This document shows positions 63,353 to 64,000 of a stretch of 64,000 bases of DNA, piece by piece. The notes under the pieces were generated by a model, which worked only from the letters and a program-made list of their open reading frames with translations, ran no database searches and was not told where the DNA came from. This DNA is from Octopus sinensis (Eukaryota). Location: assembly GCF_006345805.1 (NCBI RefSeq), contig NC_043004.1, positions 72,974,001 to 73,038,000 on the forward strand, written 5' to 3'. The position numbers and the translations under genes were made by a program. Numbering within the stretch: the stretch's first letter is position 1; every line of letters starts with the position of its first letter.

Positions 63353-63450
63353 TATACTACGATTACATTCACCCAATATCTATACCACAACATTCTCTTT
63401 TTGTATTTTGTATTTTATGTGGGGGGAACTCTTTGCCCAATAGAAAAACC

Positions 63451-63510
<60 letters not shown>

Positions 63511-63710
63511 GCTGTTGTTGTTGTTGTTATTGCTGTTGTTGTTATCCTTCTTTCTTCAAATTTTCTTCCATTTCTCGCCGAGTGTTTTCCGTACACCTAG
63601 GGCAGAGAAGCTCATTGTATGCATTCCCAGATTACACACGCAAATTCACAGGTCAAAGACCCATTATTATTATTATAATTATTATTATTACTATTATCAT
63701 TGTTATTATT

Positions 63711-64000
63711 GAGTGAGAGAGCAGTGCATGCCATCAACGTGACACTGGGGTAAAATATATGAATCCCAGTATATCCATCATGACTACCCGTCTGATAAGG
63801 GTACACTAGGCACATGCATCACAACCATATGTGCGTGACATGGTGATCTCATATCAAGATAAACAGCGCATGACCTTGCAGGTGGGGCCCAGTTCGAATT
63901 TTCTTCAGGTCGAGAAACCCATCCCGCTGAAAAGGTCCCTGAATAAGGTTTGTTTAAGGGTGATGAACGAAACACCCATGTTTCCAAGGGGGAATCATCC
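63711..64000 (-). mobile_element. Unclassified ~550-bp SINE-like element, copy 3 (runs off the window)
   Basis: Starts GAGTGAGAGAGCAGT right after (ATT)n, exactly as at 27659. Confidence 0.8.

Noticed and set aside
8-64000. Most ORFs in the track (CV, YI, IYLS, poly-I/Y/N/E proteins)
   Set aside because: They are translations of microsatellites or SINEs, with no domain motifs.

Overview
AT-rich, microsatellite-saturated eukaryotic DNA made almost entirely of transposable-element sequence. The tRNA-derived SINE families, the repeat load and the TTAGGG telomeric motif point to an octopus (coleoid cephalopod) genome; this is recognition, not a database result. I can support no host protein-coding gene. 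Recognisable content: a near full-length but disrupted CR1/L2-group LINE (9.8-13.9 kb); a decayed Tc1 transposon with TIRs (14.7-16.0 kb); four copies of one Tx1/L1-clade retrotransposon, one apparently full length (37.6-43.8 kb), all in (GATA)n microsatellites in one orientation and phase; a 2.45-kb element with a single intact Tx1-type ORF1 and no ORF2, inserted with a 9-bp TSD into a SINE tRNA head (44.7-47.2 kb); R4/Dong-type RLE fragments at (TAA)n arrays; a ~550-bp SINE-like family also in (TAA)n; Penelope-type ends carrying hammerhead ribozyme motifs (one with an intact core at 34.67-34.76 kb); an interstitial telomeric array (59.2-59.8 kb); many SINEs; and a 100-N scaffold gap. The strongest novelty candidates are the GATA-targeting Tx1 family and the ORF1-only (HAL1-like) element, which share the 3' terminal motif AATAAAGAAA(C).
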